Counted from the first letter of the stretch, positions 1 through 13,299 are shown. The stretch is 64,000 nucleotides of DNA from Octopus vulgaris (GCA_951406725.2 OX597815.1:91450001-91514000), one strand, 5' to 3'. Notes: generated by a model not told the origin, from the letters alone. A program made the numbers and translations.

Positions 1-15
1 ACATACATATATATA

Positions 16-74
<59 letters not shown>

Positions 75-104
75 ATATATATGTTTTTGTATGCACGTAT
101 ATAC

Positions 105-182
105 AATGGGCTTCTCTCAGTTTCCATCAACCAAATCCACTCTCATGGTTTTGGTTACCCTGCAGCTATAGTAGGAGACACT
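105..182 (-). mobile_element. tRNA-derived SINE family A, head-region fragment
   Basis: gggcttctctcagtttccatcaaccaaatccactc...gctatagtaggagacact matches fuller copies at 48168-48317 and 59535-59690; it follows a (TA)n tract. Confidence 0.7.
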
Positions 183-614
183 TTGTTGTAATGACTGTGA
201 GGAAGCTATAAAATGTTGCACAAGCTCTCAAGCTCACTTCTTATTGCAGAAACAAATGTAAGCTGATAACGTGATTCCCGTTTCCTTGCCATCCATAAAT
301 TGACATAATGTTCTGTACTCAATGCTTTACTCTGAAGCAAATGTATATTGGCTTCTAACAACTGGGTATTAGTATCACCTCATCAGCATTGATTTTATTA
401 TCCACTTTTCTGTATGAATGGGTCAGATGAAGTTCCTTGGTGGAGATTTTCTATAGCTAGATGCCCTCACCTTCTTCCCTAATCCTTCAAACATGAAGCG
501 CATAACAGCCTGACATGTTTTCCGCAGAAGATTATAAACAAATGACATGGTTTGTATGATGGTGATGTGTTTTTTAACAGTTATCATGCAATGTCAAAAC
601 AAAGAAAAACACAT

Positions 615-657
<43 letters not shown>

Positions 658-664
658 TATGCAA

Positions 665-800
665 TGCACTTCTTTCAGTTTCCATCAACTAAATCCACTC
701 ACAAGGTTTTTGTCAGCCTGCAGCTATAGTAGAAAATGCTTGCTTAACATAGTGGGATTGAGCTCAAAACTAGAGAGTTGAGAGCTGAACTTCTTTGCAA
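665..800 (-). mobile_element. SINE family A head fragment
   Basis: ttctttcagtttccatcaactaaatccactcacaagg...gctatagtagaa...gtgggattgagctc after a (CA)n tract; same family as 59535-59690. Confidence 0.65.
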
Positions 801-818
801 CCAGTCCACTTTTACATA

Positions 819-1051
819 CTGGGTTGGCCAAAAGTCACCTAACAGTAAATCAAAACCATTTAATTCTGAGATTTATATATGTTTAACAACTGAATGAATT
901 TAATAGAAGCATCTAAATATGAAATATCATGAAAATTGTTCAAACTGAAGACCTTCTTGAGTGACACATTTTTCTATTCGAGTTAATACAGAATTACAGA
1001 TAATATTTATGGAATTTTGATTTACTGTCAGGTGACTTTTGGCCAACCCTG
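819..1051 (-). mobile_element. Tc1/mariner non-autonomous deletion derivative (MITE)
   Basis: About 37-bp TIRs (c[t/a]gggttggccaaaagtcacct[a/g]acagtaaatcaaaa) with TA at 817-818 and 1052-1053. The interior on the minus strand reads NSVLTRIEKCVTQEGLQFEQFS*, resembling a Tc1/mariner transposase C-terminus. Confidence 0.85.
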
Positions 1052-1152
1052 TATACATCTATAAGCTTCTACACTTACCTGTCAAGGCGTCCCCGTCGTC
1101 TAAACATCTTCCCAGCTGAACTCTCAGCCCTTCGATGTCTCCGACGCCACAC

Positions 1153-2830
1153 TGATATCATCATAAAACTGGCCGACAAGGGTGGAGCTGTGGTGGTGTG
1201 GCGTGCGGACCCCTACAAGGCCGAAGCTCTCTGCCAACTTCAAGACACCTTCTACTGCCCTTTGCCCTCTGACCCTACGCTCAGCTACCAACAGACTGTG
1301 ACCTCCATTATCCATGACCTCATCTCTTCTCCCATCTCACCCCACCTCCAACCTCATTTTCCGCACCCCTCGCACCCCCACCATTTACTTCCTCCCCAAA
1401 ATCCACAAACCTAACAACCTTGGCTGCCCCATCGTCTCTGCCTGAAACTGCCCCACCGAACTCATCTCCAGATATCTTGACCATGTTCTTGCCCCCCCTA
1501 GTGGCTTCCCTCCCCTCTCACATCCATGACACCAACCACGCACTTCGCTTGTTCAAATTTTTCTAAACTTCTCTTTACCCTCAACATCCAGAGCTTTTAC
1601 ACGGTGATCCCTCATCATGAGGGGCTGCATGCCCTCCAACATTTCCTTGACCTTTGACCCAACCCCCAACCTGACACATTCACACTCATTTGTCTGGCTA
1701 AACTTGTCCTCTCACTCAACTGCCTCTCATTCATGAGTGATTTCTACCAGCAGCTCTCGGGAGTGGCCATGGGAACAAGAATGGGCCCCAACTATGTGAA
1801 CCTGTTCATTGGCCACGTTGAGGCCGAAATATTCTCAAGTTTCACTGGTCCCGCTCCCGAACTATGCGGCCATTATGTTGACCACTGTATCAGTGCAACC
1901 TCACTCTCCCGCAAGCATCTAGACTCCTTCCTCTCTTTTGTCAAATCTTTCCATCCTGCCCTCCACTTCTCCTGCACTATCTCTGTCTCCTTTCTTGACA
2001 TTTCAGTCAACATTCATCACTTCACTCTCACCACCTCCATCCACTACAAACACATAGACTCACATTCATACCTCAACTTCTCCTCCTCCCACCCTAAACA
2101 CACCAAGCTTTCCATCACCTATTCCCAATTCCTCCATCTATGCAGGCTCTGTAGTGACAACCATAACTTTGAGACTCAGTCTCAACTCACAGCTTGCCAC
2201 TTCATCCTACATGGATATCCCCTCACCATTATCCACACCACCCTTGCCAAAGTACGTTCCATGGACCATGCATCTGCCCTCTCCCTCTGAACCCACCCCA
2301 TCATCTCCCACTTCCAATTTCCCCTCACCCCACTACCCTACCTATCGAATGCACCATTCTCCGAGCCTTCCAGTGACTCCAGTCCAACCCATCCTTCAAA
2401 TGAGCCCACATCCTACGAGACCTCTTGGTCCACAGCTTCTTCCCTAACCCAACCTCCCAACCGGCTCGTTCCCCTGCACTTGCCCTTGCCTCTCCAACGC
2501 CACCCTCCTCATTGGCACCCATGCTCAACCCTATCATATCACCGACTCCTTCACCTGCACTTCTACCAATATTATCTACTGCATCTCTTGCTCTCTCTGC
2601 TATTCTCTATACATCGGGCAAACGGGACACTGCTTGGCTGACCGGTTCACGGAACACCTCAAAGACATCCAACTTGGCAATGACACCCCAGTCTCACACC
2701 ATTTCCACTCTACTGGTCACTCTTTGCAACACCTGGTCCCTCCTTGCACAGGAGCCATCCAGACTCCTGTTTGCACCATGAACAGGGATTAATTTTCTCT
2801 CTTCGCTCCTTTGCACTACATGGGCTCAAC
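1153..2830 (+). pseudogene. Penelope reverse transcriptase plus GIY-YIG endonuclease, disrupted by stops and frameshifts
   Basis: Motifs across frames: DIIIKLADKGGAVVVW (1153), YFLPKIHKPNN, IQSFYTVIPH, FYQQLSGVAMGTRMGPNY, HYVDH (decayed YxDD), SFLDI, YLNFSSSHPKHTK..I.YSQF, then FTCTSTNIIYCISCSLC..YIGQTG..LADRFTEH (about 2550-2660). Confidence 0.92.
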
Positions 2831-3483
2831 TCTCCTCCCCTCGCCTCTCTCCCCCTCACATCTACATCCTCCCTCCCACTCCTCCTCTCTTGCTCCAACT
2901 CCTACTTCTCTTCACTCTTACCCGCCTCCTTCCTCCCTTCATCGTCACCCCTCCCTCGTAAGCCCACCCCTACACATTCCAACCTCACCTTCCCTATACT
3001 TTTCCATCCCACACCACCCTACACCTTTCACCCACTCCCACATACCCCCACCTTTACCCCCACTCTCTGCCTACCCACACCCCACCTCTACCCCCACCCT
3101 CAGCTCAACCTACCCTTGCTTTCTCCACTCCTGCCTCCCCTACCTCCCAACACCATCACACCACACACCACTACACCTTACACCACCATACCACACAACA
3201 CATCACATCACAACACGACACCATGCACACATCAGCACTGACCACTCCCCAGACCCACATTTTCACACTTACACATACACACACACGTCAAGATCACCAG
3301 CCCTCTTCCATACACACATACAAACTCTCTTATACACACGCATGCGCACCTTCGTTTTGGGATCACCACCACTTTGTTGTCTCCTCTTCTCTCCTGTGTG
3401 ACCCTTCTGTCCGGCCTTCGCCATGATAGCTCACTAGGCACTACACATTCTTTATTTTCTCTCTTTGTTTCTTTCTGTGTTCC

Positions 3484-3518
3484 TTTCTGTGAAAGTGCGT
3501 AGGCTCAAAACGTTAAAG
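3484..3518 (+). ncRNA. Degenerate minimal type I hammerhead ribozyme in the Penelope 3' region
   Basis: TTT-CTGTGAA-A-GTGC-GTAG-GCTC-AAAA-CG-TTA-AAG has HHR layout with palindromic stem III AACGTT, but the CUGANGA and GAAA cores are mutated. Confidence 0.6.
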
Positions 3519-3684
3519 ACTTTTTCACTTCCCAAGCATTATACTAATACATCTGTTTGTTGTCTACACCACCTGTCTTCGTCTTTTGTTTTCTTATAAA
3601 TTCTTCCTATATATATATATATATATATATATGACAAGGTATAAATAATGGTCATTACATATGTTACTTTTATTGGGCTCAATT

Positions 3685-3799
3685 TGGCTTACAGCTGTTT
3701 CCAGTAATCATTATGGGTTCATTACTGAGAGGTTTCCCAATTGATCAGTTGAGAAAAGTTGAACAACCTAAAAAATTTATACTACTTTCGTCAGAGCCA
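3685..3799 (-). ncRNA. Type I hammerhead ribozyme with extended stem II loop
   Basis: Minus strand: TGGCT-CTGACGA-A-AGTAGT...(about 70 nt)...ATTACT-G-GAAA-CAGCTG-TA|AGCCA. Perfect 5-bp stem I, intact cores, palindromic stem III, GUA cleavage triplet. Confidence 0.75.
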
Positions 3800-3810
3800 T
3801 CTCCCATTAT

Positions 3811-4062
3811 AGACAAATGACTCTTTAGTCTAGCCAATAACATAAAAACCTTTTTAATGATGGTGCCATGATAAAAGCACCAAATTTGATCAGTGAAGTG
3901 TTATGAAAAGTATCATGCTGAAATAACTATACTGGAATGAAAAGTACAAGCATGACAAAACTCTCTAATCCTTCTAAGAAGGAAGTAATTCCAAATAAGA
4001 ACTTAGATGATGGTGAAAATGTATTTTTATGCTATTGGCTAGACTAAAGAATCATTCTGTCT
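3811..4062. repeat. About 40-bp imperfect inverted repeat pair
   Basis: agacaaatgactctttagtctagccaataacataaaaa (3811-3848) versus ttttatgctattggctagactaaagaatcattctgtct (about 4025-4062). Confidence 0.75.
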
Positions 4063-5029
4063 CTATGTTGTCTCTGTTTGCTTTCCATCCATTTTATAGA
4101 GGTGCATTTTATTGTGGCAACAGTACTAGTGAGGTTGTCTTGTAATCTGCGAGTGTAAAAAGTTTGTACTTCCTTATGGTGTCTCTATTTGTTCTAAGAT
4201 TTATAACCAAAAGGATCAAAAGAAGATTGATGACAGGACTTCAATTCATAGGTGAGGGAAGCATGAGTTTGATAGTTGAAACAGAGTGATTGAGGCAAAA
4301 GGAAGGTAAATGAGAGAGTTGTGGAAAAGTGATGACAGTGCTATGAGGAGTAGTAGAAGAGAAGCAATGGTAGCAGCTGCATGGTTACTGCTACAAGAGA
4401 GATTAAGTTACAGATGGTAGAGACAGTTGATGGTAAGAGAGTGTGTCAATAATGAATGGCCAAAAAGAGGGAGAGTAATGGTGGGCAGCATGGAATATGT
4501 GATAGAGTGTATTGGCTAAGAACAGATTTGATGCCATTCCTATTTCATAGATGTCTTGTTTGGCAGGAAAGGTACAAGTGATAAGAATGGCAGTAGATAC
4601 ACACCAGTCCAATACCACTTCACAATAGCAGGATGGTGGAGCACATAGGAGAAAGAATGAACGCCAGAGATTGAGAGGGTAGAATAAATTTTGTGATTGC
4701 TTGTTAAATGGGCAACATGATGCACAGAATGGAAGAGATCTACTGCTATCATTTGGTATGCAGGTAGTATAGTAATGTGAATAGGAGAGCAAATTAGTAG
4801 AAAGAATGTGAGCAAATGAGAGAAGAGTAATAGAGATGAATAATAAAGATAGAAAGAGATGAATGATGAAGAGATAAATGAAAGAGAAATGAGAAAGTAT
4901 CAGAAAAGTGGAAAGAGCAGTAGATGAAAGGTTAATAGGGGTGTATTAGGCAGGAAATTGTTTATTTCTTTGGTCCCATAAACTAACATTATTCAACATT
5001 TATTAACCCTGGTTTGCGCAATTGGAAGG

Positions 5030-5660
5030 GCATTATACAACACTGTTTGTCACCAAATATCAGTCCTTCATGATCTTTGTGAGGCCCAGTCATGTGTGGC
5101 TGGTCTTCACCATTTCCTCCATCTCATTTGTGAGGCTGGTCTTCACCATTTCCTCCATCTCATTTGTGAGGCTGGTCTTCACCATTTCCTCCATCTCATT
5201 TGTGAGGCTGGTCTTCACCATTTCCTCCATCTCATTTGCAGGGTCATGCACTAACTTTAAACAGCTATTGTCCATCATACACTTGACATGTCCATTCCAA
5301 CAATCTTATCTCCTACACACATGATCTGATCCCTAATGAAGTTCATTTATGTACACTCATATTATATATGCTGCAGATAATGCTCACTTCATTTCTTTCT
5401 AGTCTTCACAAATTCTTAGCATTTATGGTTCACATCTCTCTACCATACAATATAGTTCTTCATACATAAGTATCCTGCAATCTGCCCTTCACCCTAAGAG
5501 AGAAACCTTGTCACCAACAGAGGTAATATCTATCACCCTGAAATTTTTCCAACACATATTTACTCTGGCTGCTTCTCTTTTAGAACACCTGTCCTCATAG
5601 TTAATTAAATCACCTAGGTAACGAAAGCTTTCAACTACTTCTAGTGAGTGGTCCAGGTAT
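5030..5660 (-). mobile_element. RTE-clade LINE fragment (RT C-terminal region)
   Basis: Minus strand reads LEVVESFRYLGDLI...AARVNMCWKNFR...RVKGRL...RTILYG, typical of the RTE RT C-terminus; frameshifted. Confidence 0.8.
5093..5236. repeat. 36-bp tandem repeat x4 inside the RTE fragment
   Basis: Unit tgtgaggctggtcttcaccatttcctccatctcatt, near-identical copies. Confidence 0.95.
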
Positions 5661-5944
5661 TTGAGAGAATTAAATTTAATGGTGATCTTAGTGCTTACTG
5701 CACCTGCGTATCTGCTATATGTGACATCTATCTTCTCCTGTCTGTGAACAAACGACACATTGTTTACAGTGTTACTCCATATGATGCAATTTTTATGTTT
5801 ATATACATTTGTATAAGTTTATGTATATTGATATCTATGTATGTTATACATATGTATGTATGTGCATATTTATTTGTACATACATGTATTTGTACATACA
5901 TACATACACACATACATATATATGTGTATGTATTTGTGTATGTA

Positions 5945-6140
5945 TCATTATCATCATCGTTTAATACCATTTTCCATGCTGGCATGGGTTGAACAATTCG
6001 ACTAGGGTCTGGGAAGCCAGGAGGCTGCACCAGGCTCCAGTCTGATCTAGCAGTGTTTCTACAGCTAGATGCCCTTCCTAACACCAACCACTCCGAGAGT
6101 GTAGTGGGTGGTTTTTTACATGCCACCAGCACAGGAGCAA
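5945..6140 (-). mobile_element. Family B non-autonomous retroelement with RTE-like (GAT)n tail
   Basis: catcatcgtttaa...ccatgctggcatgggttg...ggctgcaccaggctccagtctgatc...gatgcccttcctaacaccaaccactc is the reverse complement of 29036-29224. Confidence 0.85.
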
Positions 6141-7091
6141 GGGTTCTGGTAACAACCACATTCAGATGGTGCTTTTTTCTGTGTAAAGTGGTTTTTGTTT
6201 GGACAGCATCTAACCATAAAAACTATGCCAATATAGATATTGGTGCATGACACATTAACTAATGCCAGCATGGAAGCTGGACATTAATTGATGATGATGA
6301 TAACGATGGTGGTGGTGGTGGCAGTAGCAGTGGTGGCGGTGGTGTGTGAGTGTGAATGTTTAAATGTTAAAACACTGCTTGCACTTCACAGTACTGAATA
6401 GATAACCAAGCAACTTCTCCCTTCATCACCCATCAGTCTGTTAGCAAGTAAAATTCCCCACATTAGATCACCTAGGTAACCAATATTTATTCTATGGTTA
6501 TATCACAGTATGCAGGTGCAAACAGTTCAAAATTACAGAACTTCCTGGCAGATAACCTTGTTGACTGTAGTATGCAAACTTTTGTGTCCTGTTCCTACCC
6601 AATGCCACAACAAAGTGCTTGCTGTACCTTTAACTTTAAGCTCCGTAAAATATTTTGTTCAATATTTTGACCCTTTCACTATTTTATTTCTAACTTAGAA
6701 TATTCTGTGGTGAATTGTAGTTGCTGTATGGCCAAACATTCTAATACTTATATTACAAAGCTTGAGGTTGGCTTCAAAGAGAAAATGAAGAATGATCTGT
6801 TATTTGGAAGATCTGGTTTTATGGCTTACATATTTTGGAGGAACAGAATTTATTGCTGGTTCTCCTAGAGAACAAAGAACAGAACAACCAATGGTGACAC
6901 ATTCTGTGTATGTACATAGATGTCTACTGGAATATGTTCATGTATATATGTGTATGTATAACTACATGAATGTTTAGTTTTGTCTTGGTAAATATGTATA
7001 TGTGTGTATTTGGATATGTTTTGGTATGTTTGAGCATGTTTTTAGCTGTGTTTTTATGTGATAATATAACTTTATATCGTTGTATAACTGT

Positions 7092-7157
<66 letters not shown>

Positions 7158-8017
7158 AGAAAGATGTGTATGTATATATATGCATGTATATCTTCGCATA
7201 CTTATATGTTTGAATGTTTAGTTTGTGTCTGTTTATATAAGATATGTGTTTTGTGTACCTATATATGGACAGATGTGAAATGTCTTCATCTCATAATGGT
7301 TTCATACTACTATTGGTGGGAACACATTCAATAATTTATTGGAAAAGAAGTAGAAAATGTTTCAATAATGAATATTTGAGGTCTCATGATAGACTGATCA
7401 TACAACTGAGTTACATAATAGTGACTAATTGATAGAAGGAGAAGAAGAAAAGCGAGATGAATATAATCCTGAGGTTTTAGCCTGTTGATCTGAGGTCAGG
7501 CCTTGATCAGGAGAAGTGCAATGCAGGACTTAGTTTCAAATATTTGTGTGCTTGTGTGCATAAGAGAGAGAGAGAGAGAGAATAGGGGAGAGAAACTTCT
7601 TTCGCTCTCATGTCTAAGTTGATTGAAATTATAGTTAATGCTATTGTTACACTTGGGTATATATAGGTAAGAGTGAAGAGAACCAGCAACTCTTCTGCTT
7701 CTGGCTATACCTATAGAAGGAATTGAACAAAGCACACTGTAATTGTGCAATACTGCCTTTGCTTGCAGCAACAAACCACTTGTACCAAATATCATCAAGA
7801 GTTAAGTATCTTGTTCAAAGAGTACAACACAACACATTGGCAGTATATCAAGCAGTAGCTTGACCATCTACATCACTAATGCTTGCATACATATAGGTGT
7901 GTGTGTGTATTTATATATATATATATATATATATATAATGTTTATATGTATACATGTATGTATTTATATATACATGTATGAATTTATGTATATATGTGTG
8001 TGTATATATATGTATGG

Positions 8018-8050
<33 letters not shown>

Positions 8051-8149
8051 AAACTAGATATGAATCATATTAAGATTCATCATATTCTCATCTGTCTAAA
8101 ATCACTTATATATCACACACACACACATGTGCACACACGTATACAATGC

Positions 8150-8250
8150 GCCACCCTTAGTTTTTTGCCTGTCATATTCACTCACAAGGCTTTGGTTGGT
8201 TTGGGACTACAGTAGAAGGCACTTATCCAAGGTGGCATGCAATGGGGCTG
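8150..8250 (-). mobile_element. SINE family A head fragment
   Basis: cactcacaaggctttggttgg...agtagaaggcacttatccaaggtggcatgcaatggg. Confidence 0.6.
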
Positions 8251-8364
8251 TTGTGAAGTCCTTTGTTTGTTGAAAGGGAATAGCAACTGGCCATAATGTC
8301 ATCAAGGAATGTCAGCATGTCATTTTTTCACTCAAGCAAAGGTATGGGATGCCAATATTCACGT

Positions 8365-8398
<34 letters not shown>

Positions 8399-8954
8399 GC
8401 ACACACATATACAGAGCCATAAAATCCTTCTTCAAATCCATCCCCATGCAATCCATGTTAAATGGATGTTAAACAAATGAATTTTTCTAGATTTGATTAA
8501 TTTTATTCCATTCCTCTTATTGTATTCATGTTGGAAATCAGTTTGTATGTATTTGGACTTCTGTGGAATAGATTACCATTACTCAGTTCAATACACAATA
8601 TGATTTCTGTCCCTGGATCCAGAATTCAAATCCTGCTCTTACCTTTCATCATTCTTAAAGTATGATCAAATATAATAATCTATTAAATTGCTTTGATTGT
8701 CTACACCACTTCCCTTCTCAACAAAACATTGCGCTTTTGTAAGAATACTGTGCTGATTAGAATTTACTCATTATTTATTAAAGTTGATTTGGCTGAATGT
8801 CTCTCTTCCTTTCTCAATGCTACAAATATTTTGTGGAGTTACAATTCTGAAAAGATATAATCATAAACTACTGTAGACAAATGTATACGGTAATTAATTA
8901 CATGTTTTATATTCATGGTAATTAAACTAATTAATTACAGGGTTTGTTATTTAA

Positions 8955-9163
8955 CCCTTTAGTATTTAAACCAGTTATATTCGGTCCAAATCTTCAACCT
9001 TTTATGTTGAAACTCTCTTCTCACACCTACCCTACAATGTCATTCTAAATATTTAGCAGTTACCTCATCGAAATCTCAAAGCTACAAGATAATGTATGAT
9101 TAATTCAACACAATGTGAATAAATAAACATTACACTAGACAGAGTTACTTGAATTCTAGAGAG
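8955..9163 (+). mobile_element. piggyBac-like MITE (TTAA-flanked)
   Basis: TTAA|CCCTTTAG ... CTAGAGAG|TTAA. The interior (cacacctaccctacaatgtcattcta...gctacaagataatg) is shared with 10101-10311 and 51912-52169. Confidence 0.7.
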
Positions 9164-9204
9164 TTAAATAAATTTCTTTTGTTGTTGCTGTTGGTAGTGG
9201 TAAT

Positions 9205-9400
9205 ATTTTGTCCCTAGATTATCACTGATTGAATTGACATATAGTCAAACATGTTCTAGCCGTGAACATCCCATCTTTTTGTGTCCCTTGTACTATATTG
9301 CTGTATCTCCTTTATTTAAGACAATACAGTATGATTTGAGGAATATTTTGTTAATATTTCCAACAGGTAGAACAATAACATAGAGATCTATTTGTTGGTT
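9205..9400. repeat. Dispersed repeat family D (decayed)
   Basis: Shared skeleton (ctgat..agcagac.tatgatcaaag..attccagc..tgac.atccc...tgtgatttgag..agatttggct.ctatttctagcagg) recurs at about 10425-10615, 12495-12695, 18550-18745, 32880-33095, 37670-37845 and 61840-61975. Confidence 0.6.
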
Positions 9401-10100
9401 CATTTGAAATACATTGTTTCTAGAGCGATAAAGGTTTGTAAGACTTATCACTAGTATTTATAAGTTGATCACTTCGAAATAACTTGTGTTGCACATTTCT
9501 AAAATATCTTCCATCATTCGGTGTGCTAGAATTAGTTCTATTTTATGGAAATATTATCTTTGCATATAACTAGTAAGGTAATTTTGATAAAGAAATTAAT
9601 CAATTAAACTCAGTCCCAATATTTTCCAGAACTAATAAAAACATACTAGTAACATATTGTGATTGAAGAAATAAAATACAAAACTGTTGTTGAGTTTGAA
9701 CTCAGAACATTACAGAAACAAAGCTGAAAGTTATAAAGTATCAAGTAACCATTTCTATCTATTCATCACCCTTACATTGAAGGATAGGCGTCAAATCTAA
9801 TTATCAATATGAAATACATCTTCAATTTTGGTGTGGTTTGCAATATTTTGGAGTGCTGTGAAATTTACATTTCAGTTTTTGACATAATACTATAGCACTC
9901 TTTCATATTCTTTAAAAATAGCTCATAAAATTATTAAATTTTTTTTTAAATAATTAACAATGTATTTAATGTTATAGAATTTTCTAAAAAATAAAAATCA
10001 AAGATAATCAAATCTGTTGTCCATTCTTCCATGTTAATGTCAATTTCTTTAGTTGATATGAAGTTAGTTGTTGTAATAGATGGATCATAGTTGACTAGAT

Positions 10101-10311
10101 TTAACATTAATCTGGTGGTATTTGGCCCAAATATTCTGCATGCTTTATGTTTAAACTGATCAGATCTAATCTCTCACAGCTACCCTACAATGCCATTTTT
10201 AAAATATACAAACACATTATTGAAGCTACAAGATAATGCATGATTAATTTAAAACTGCGTGAATTAATAAGCATTATATTTGACAAAGAAGTCTGAGTGC
10301 TAAAGAGTTAA
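10101..10311 (+). mobile_element. piggyBac-like MITE, second copy
   Basis: Same interior as 8955-9163; ends GCTAAAGAG|TTAA. Confidence 0.65.
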
Positions 10312-11526
10312 ATATATTAATTGTAGTTGGAATGGCATGGTTAAGTAGTTATTGTGTGTTAAGTGGTACTACCAGCTTGTTGGTCTTTTGTTCAAACTCA
10401 TTGCAATTATTTCATTGATCTTGTTTAGCTTCAGGTCAGTGATGGAGCAGAATTATTATAAAAGTATTCCATCTGTGACCATCCCATTATTTTTTTTATA
10501 TCTAGCTTTACATCTGCCAATCTACTGTTCCTTTATAAAGATAGCAGAGTATTAGGAAATTTGGCTACTATATCTTGTAGGGAAAGTCACCATGTAGAGA
10601 CTCGCTCATTGGTTTGTTATTGCCATGTTTATTTTAAGCAGTTCATTTAATTCAACATGTTTCAGTTCACTCATTTGCAGCAACAAGGTACCAGATTATT
10701 TGAAAATACTACCCCAGATGAGATAGCATAATTTTCAAAGTGGTGAATGAGGTTTCATGAAACTAGTGAACGCTAAGTCCCATTACAATGATATATCTTC
10801 AAAAATTGGTCTCACTCGATGACTTGATATATTATTATTGATAGCAGGAACCATGCATAGATACAGACATGCTGACACAACAAGATGTTCTGTTTCCAGC
10901 GATTCATTGTGTTTGAATACATCAGCATATCTTTGCATCATTATTGCTATTATGAAAGTTAAATGAGTTGACTAATCCAAATCTCTGTTATTTTGTAAGT
11001 ATTTTCTTTACATGTTTTAAGATTTATTCCTCTTGGCTGTTCTCATACAAGAATTGCATTGTTAACATAGGCGGTTCCAATGCAATAGAGCACAATGCTA
11101 TTTGTTCAAACTTGTTATATCTGACCTTGCTGACACATTACTTTTTAGTTATAGGAAAACCCTCTCATTAAACCACACAAAATGTCATTTTTTTCTCTTC
11201 ATCATTTCACTCATTTTTTTTTTTAATCTGAATACATCAGCATTGTTATTAGCAATAATAAAAGAGTGAATATTCTAAGTATTTTATGTCTATACAGTTA
11301 CTTTATTAATGTTTTGCTTCACATCTTTGAGTTAAATTCACTTCTCTCCTCCCTCTTTTAACCAAACTATGACTGTTATGCATAATTATAGCTTACAGTT
11401 TGGCATTTTCCAGATGTTACCCTTTCAGACTTTCAGTTTTTCTATTCATTCTTTCATCCATACACTTGATAGGGAAAAGGATTGACACTGTCAATTGTTA
11501 AACTGCATATTAGGTTTATATCATAA

Positions 11527-11930
11527 AGGCATATATAGCCTAGTGGTTAAGATGTTCAACTCATGATTATAAGGTTGTGGTTTCAGTACCTGGATCCAAT
11601 GGTTTGTTACATCCTTCATAGGTGAAAGGGCAAAAAACAAGGATGTGTGTCTGCTTACAACTACATATGCACCTAAACCAGTTAGCAAAAGCATGGTACA
11701 CGTTACCAAGGCATACCAATTCGCAAGTGATGGCTGTACTAGTCCTGTACTACCCATTCTCAGGTTAAAATTTATTTGATGTGCCTCTCTGAAATTCAGT
11801 CCCCAACAGCATTATCATTCCAAAACATCAATAACTTATACATGTTTGAACCCCAGTCAATAAAGGAACCTCCATACAGTTACTCAATCTGCAAAAAATA
11901 GCAATCCAATACCTCTTATATTATGTCTTT
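11527..11930 (+). mobile_element. tRNA-headed SINE, decayed
   Basis: A-box-like TAGCCTAGTGG and B-box-like GGTTTCAGTACC at about 11536-11590; the head resembles the reverse complement of 54318-54420. The 3' boundary is uncertain. Confidence 0.5.
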
Positions 11931-13255
11931 CTTTCTTCACTATAAGATCATAAACAACTGTTGGTGACTACCTTCACAAATACTATGCGCTTGTCAAGTC
12001 CATTGCTTTCCTTTACATTCTGAGTTCGATTTCCATTGAGGCCAACTTTGCCTTTAACTTTTCTGAGGTTGATGAGATTAAGCATCAGTTCAAGGGAACA
12101 GATTGGTTGAATTGTTAGAGCATTATACAAAGTCTTTCAAGGTATTTATTTTGACTGAGTACCCAAGCAGGTGTGGCAAACTAGTCTGTATCTAAATAAC
12201 AAGATGGTATCTTCAAAAAAAAAAAAATATATATAGAAGAAAGGTAGTACCACAGCATGGCTGTCTAATAACTGAAACCAGTATTAGAATTAAAGAAAGA
12301 ATGGTACTTAGAGGGTGCATTTCAGAATTTTATGACCACAGTCAAATGACGGTTTCTTGGAATTTCAAAGATTGTTAGGTTCATCTGCTGAATCATGATT
12401 TCTTTGGCATTAACTAAAAGTTCCTTCTCTCACTAAAATGTTAATCCATCACAAGTAAATTTTCCTCTGCAAAGTCTGCCACTAATGTTGTTGTTGTTTT
12501 GTTCCTGGTCATCAGTGACCAAGCAGACATATTATCAAAGTATTCAAGCTATGACTATTCCCGTCTTTTATTCAAACAGTTTATCTAAAACTACATTATC
12601 CAATAGTTCCTGAATTTCTTAAGATTGTAATATGTGATTTGGTTACTATTTTTAGCAGACTTAGCAGCCATCAAATGGCTTCCTCATTGTGTTCAGCTCC
12701 AAGACACAATTACTATGCAACATCTGAAATGGGCTTGAACTCCTAACTGATCTTCACTCCAGCAGTGCAATCAATGCCTTATTCACTTGGCCATTTTAAC
12801 TCTATAACTCTATAACTCAATCTATGGAGAACTGCAGACGGTCATTTATCTAATATTCAGTTTGATTTCTTTCTGCTTAACTTCAGCAAGCTAATTTCTT
12901 ACACCACTTGGCTATGAATACAAGTATATGTGTCTATAGTAAGTGTAAAGAAAAAAAAAAAAAGAAAGATGTAAAGGCATGGTACAAGATGGATACTTAA
13001 ATAAATATTGGAGAGCATGAAAGAGAAATTGTGTGTGTATGTGTGAGAGAGAAAGAAAAAAAGAGAGTGGGGGAGCTGAGACAGAGGAGACACGCACATA
13101 CACACACACACACACATATGCACAACAGTCAATTTTTCCATCTCCTCCGCTCACTAACCCACTTTGTATTCTACTATATATAGATTTCGTATCATAAAAA
13201 GATTTAATTTCCATTAATATATAAGATAGTGTGTGTTTATGTGTATGTCTATGTT

Positions 13256-13299
<44 letters not shown>

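Larger units (their letters stand above)
1060..3607 (+). mobile_element. Penelope-like retroelement (PLE), 5'-truncated and decayed, ending in a pLTR-like segment at a (TA)n tract
   Basis: C-rich segment with PLE RT and GIY-YIG motifs, a pyrimidine-rich 3' region, a degenerate HHR at about 3484-3518 and a (TA)n tract from 3608. Confidence 0.9.

Noticed and set aside
340-392. CTGATGA plus a small hairpin on the minus strand
   Set aside because: No GAAA follows the hairpin and there is no stem III.
2744-3426. Pro/His/Thr-rich ORFs of 165-196 aa
   Set aside because: C-rich low-complexity 3' region of the Penelope element; open in several frames with no domain.
5022-5324. Repetitive ORFs on both strands and a CRISPR-like 36-bp repeat
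   Set aside because: The units are directly adjacent with no spacers and lie inside an RTE remnant; eukaryotic context with no cas genes.
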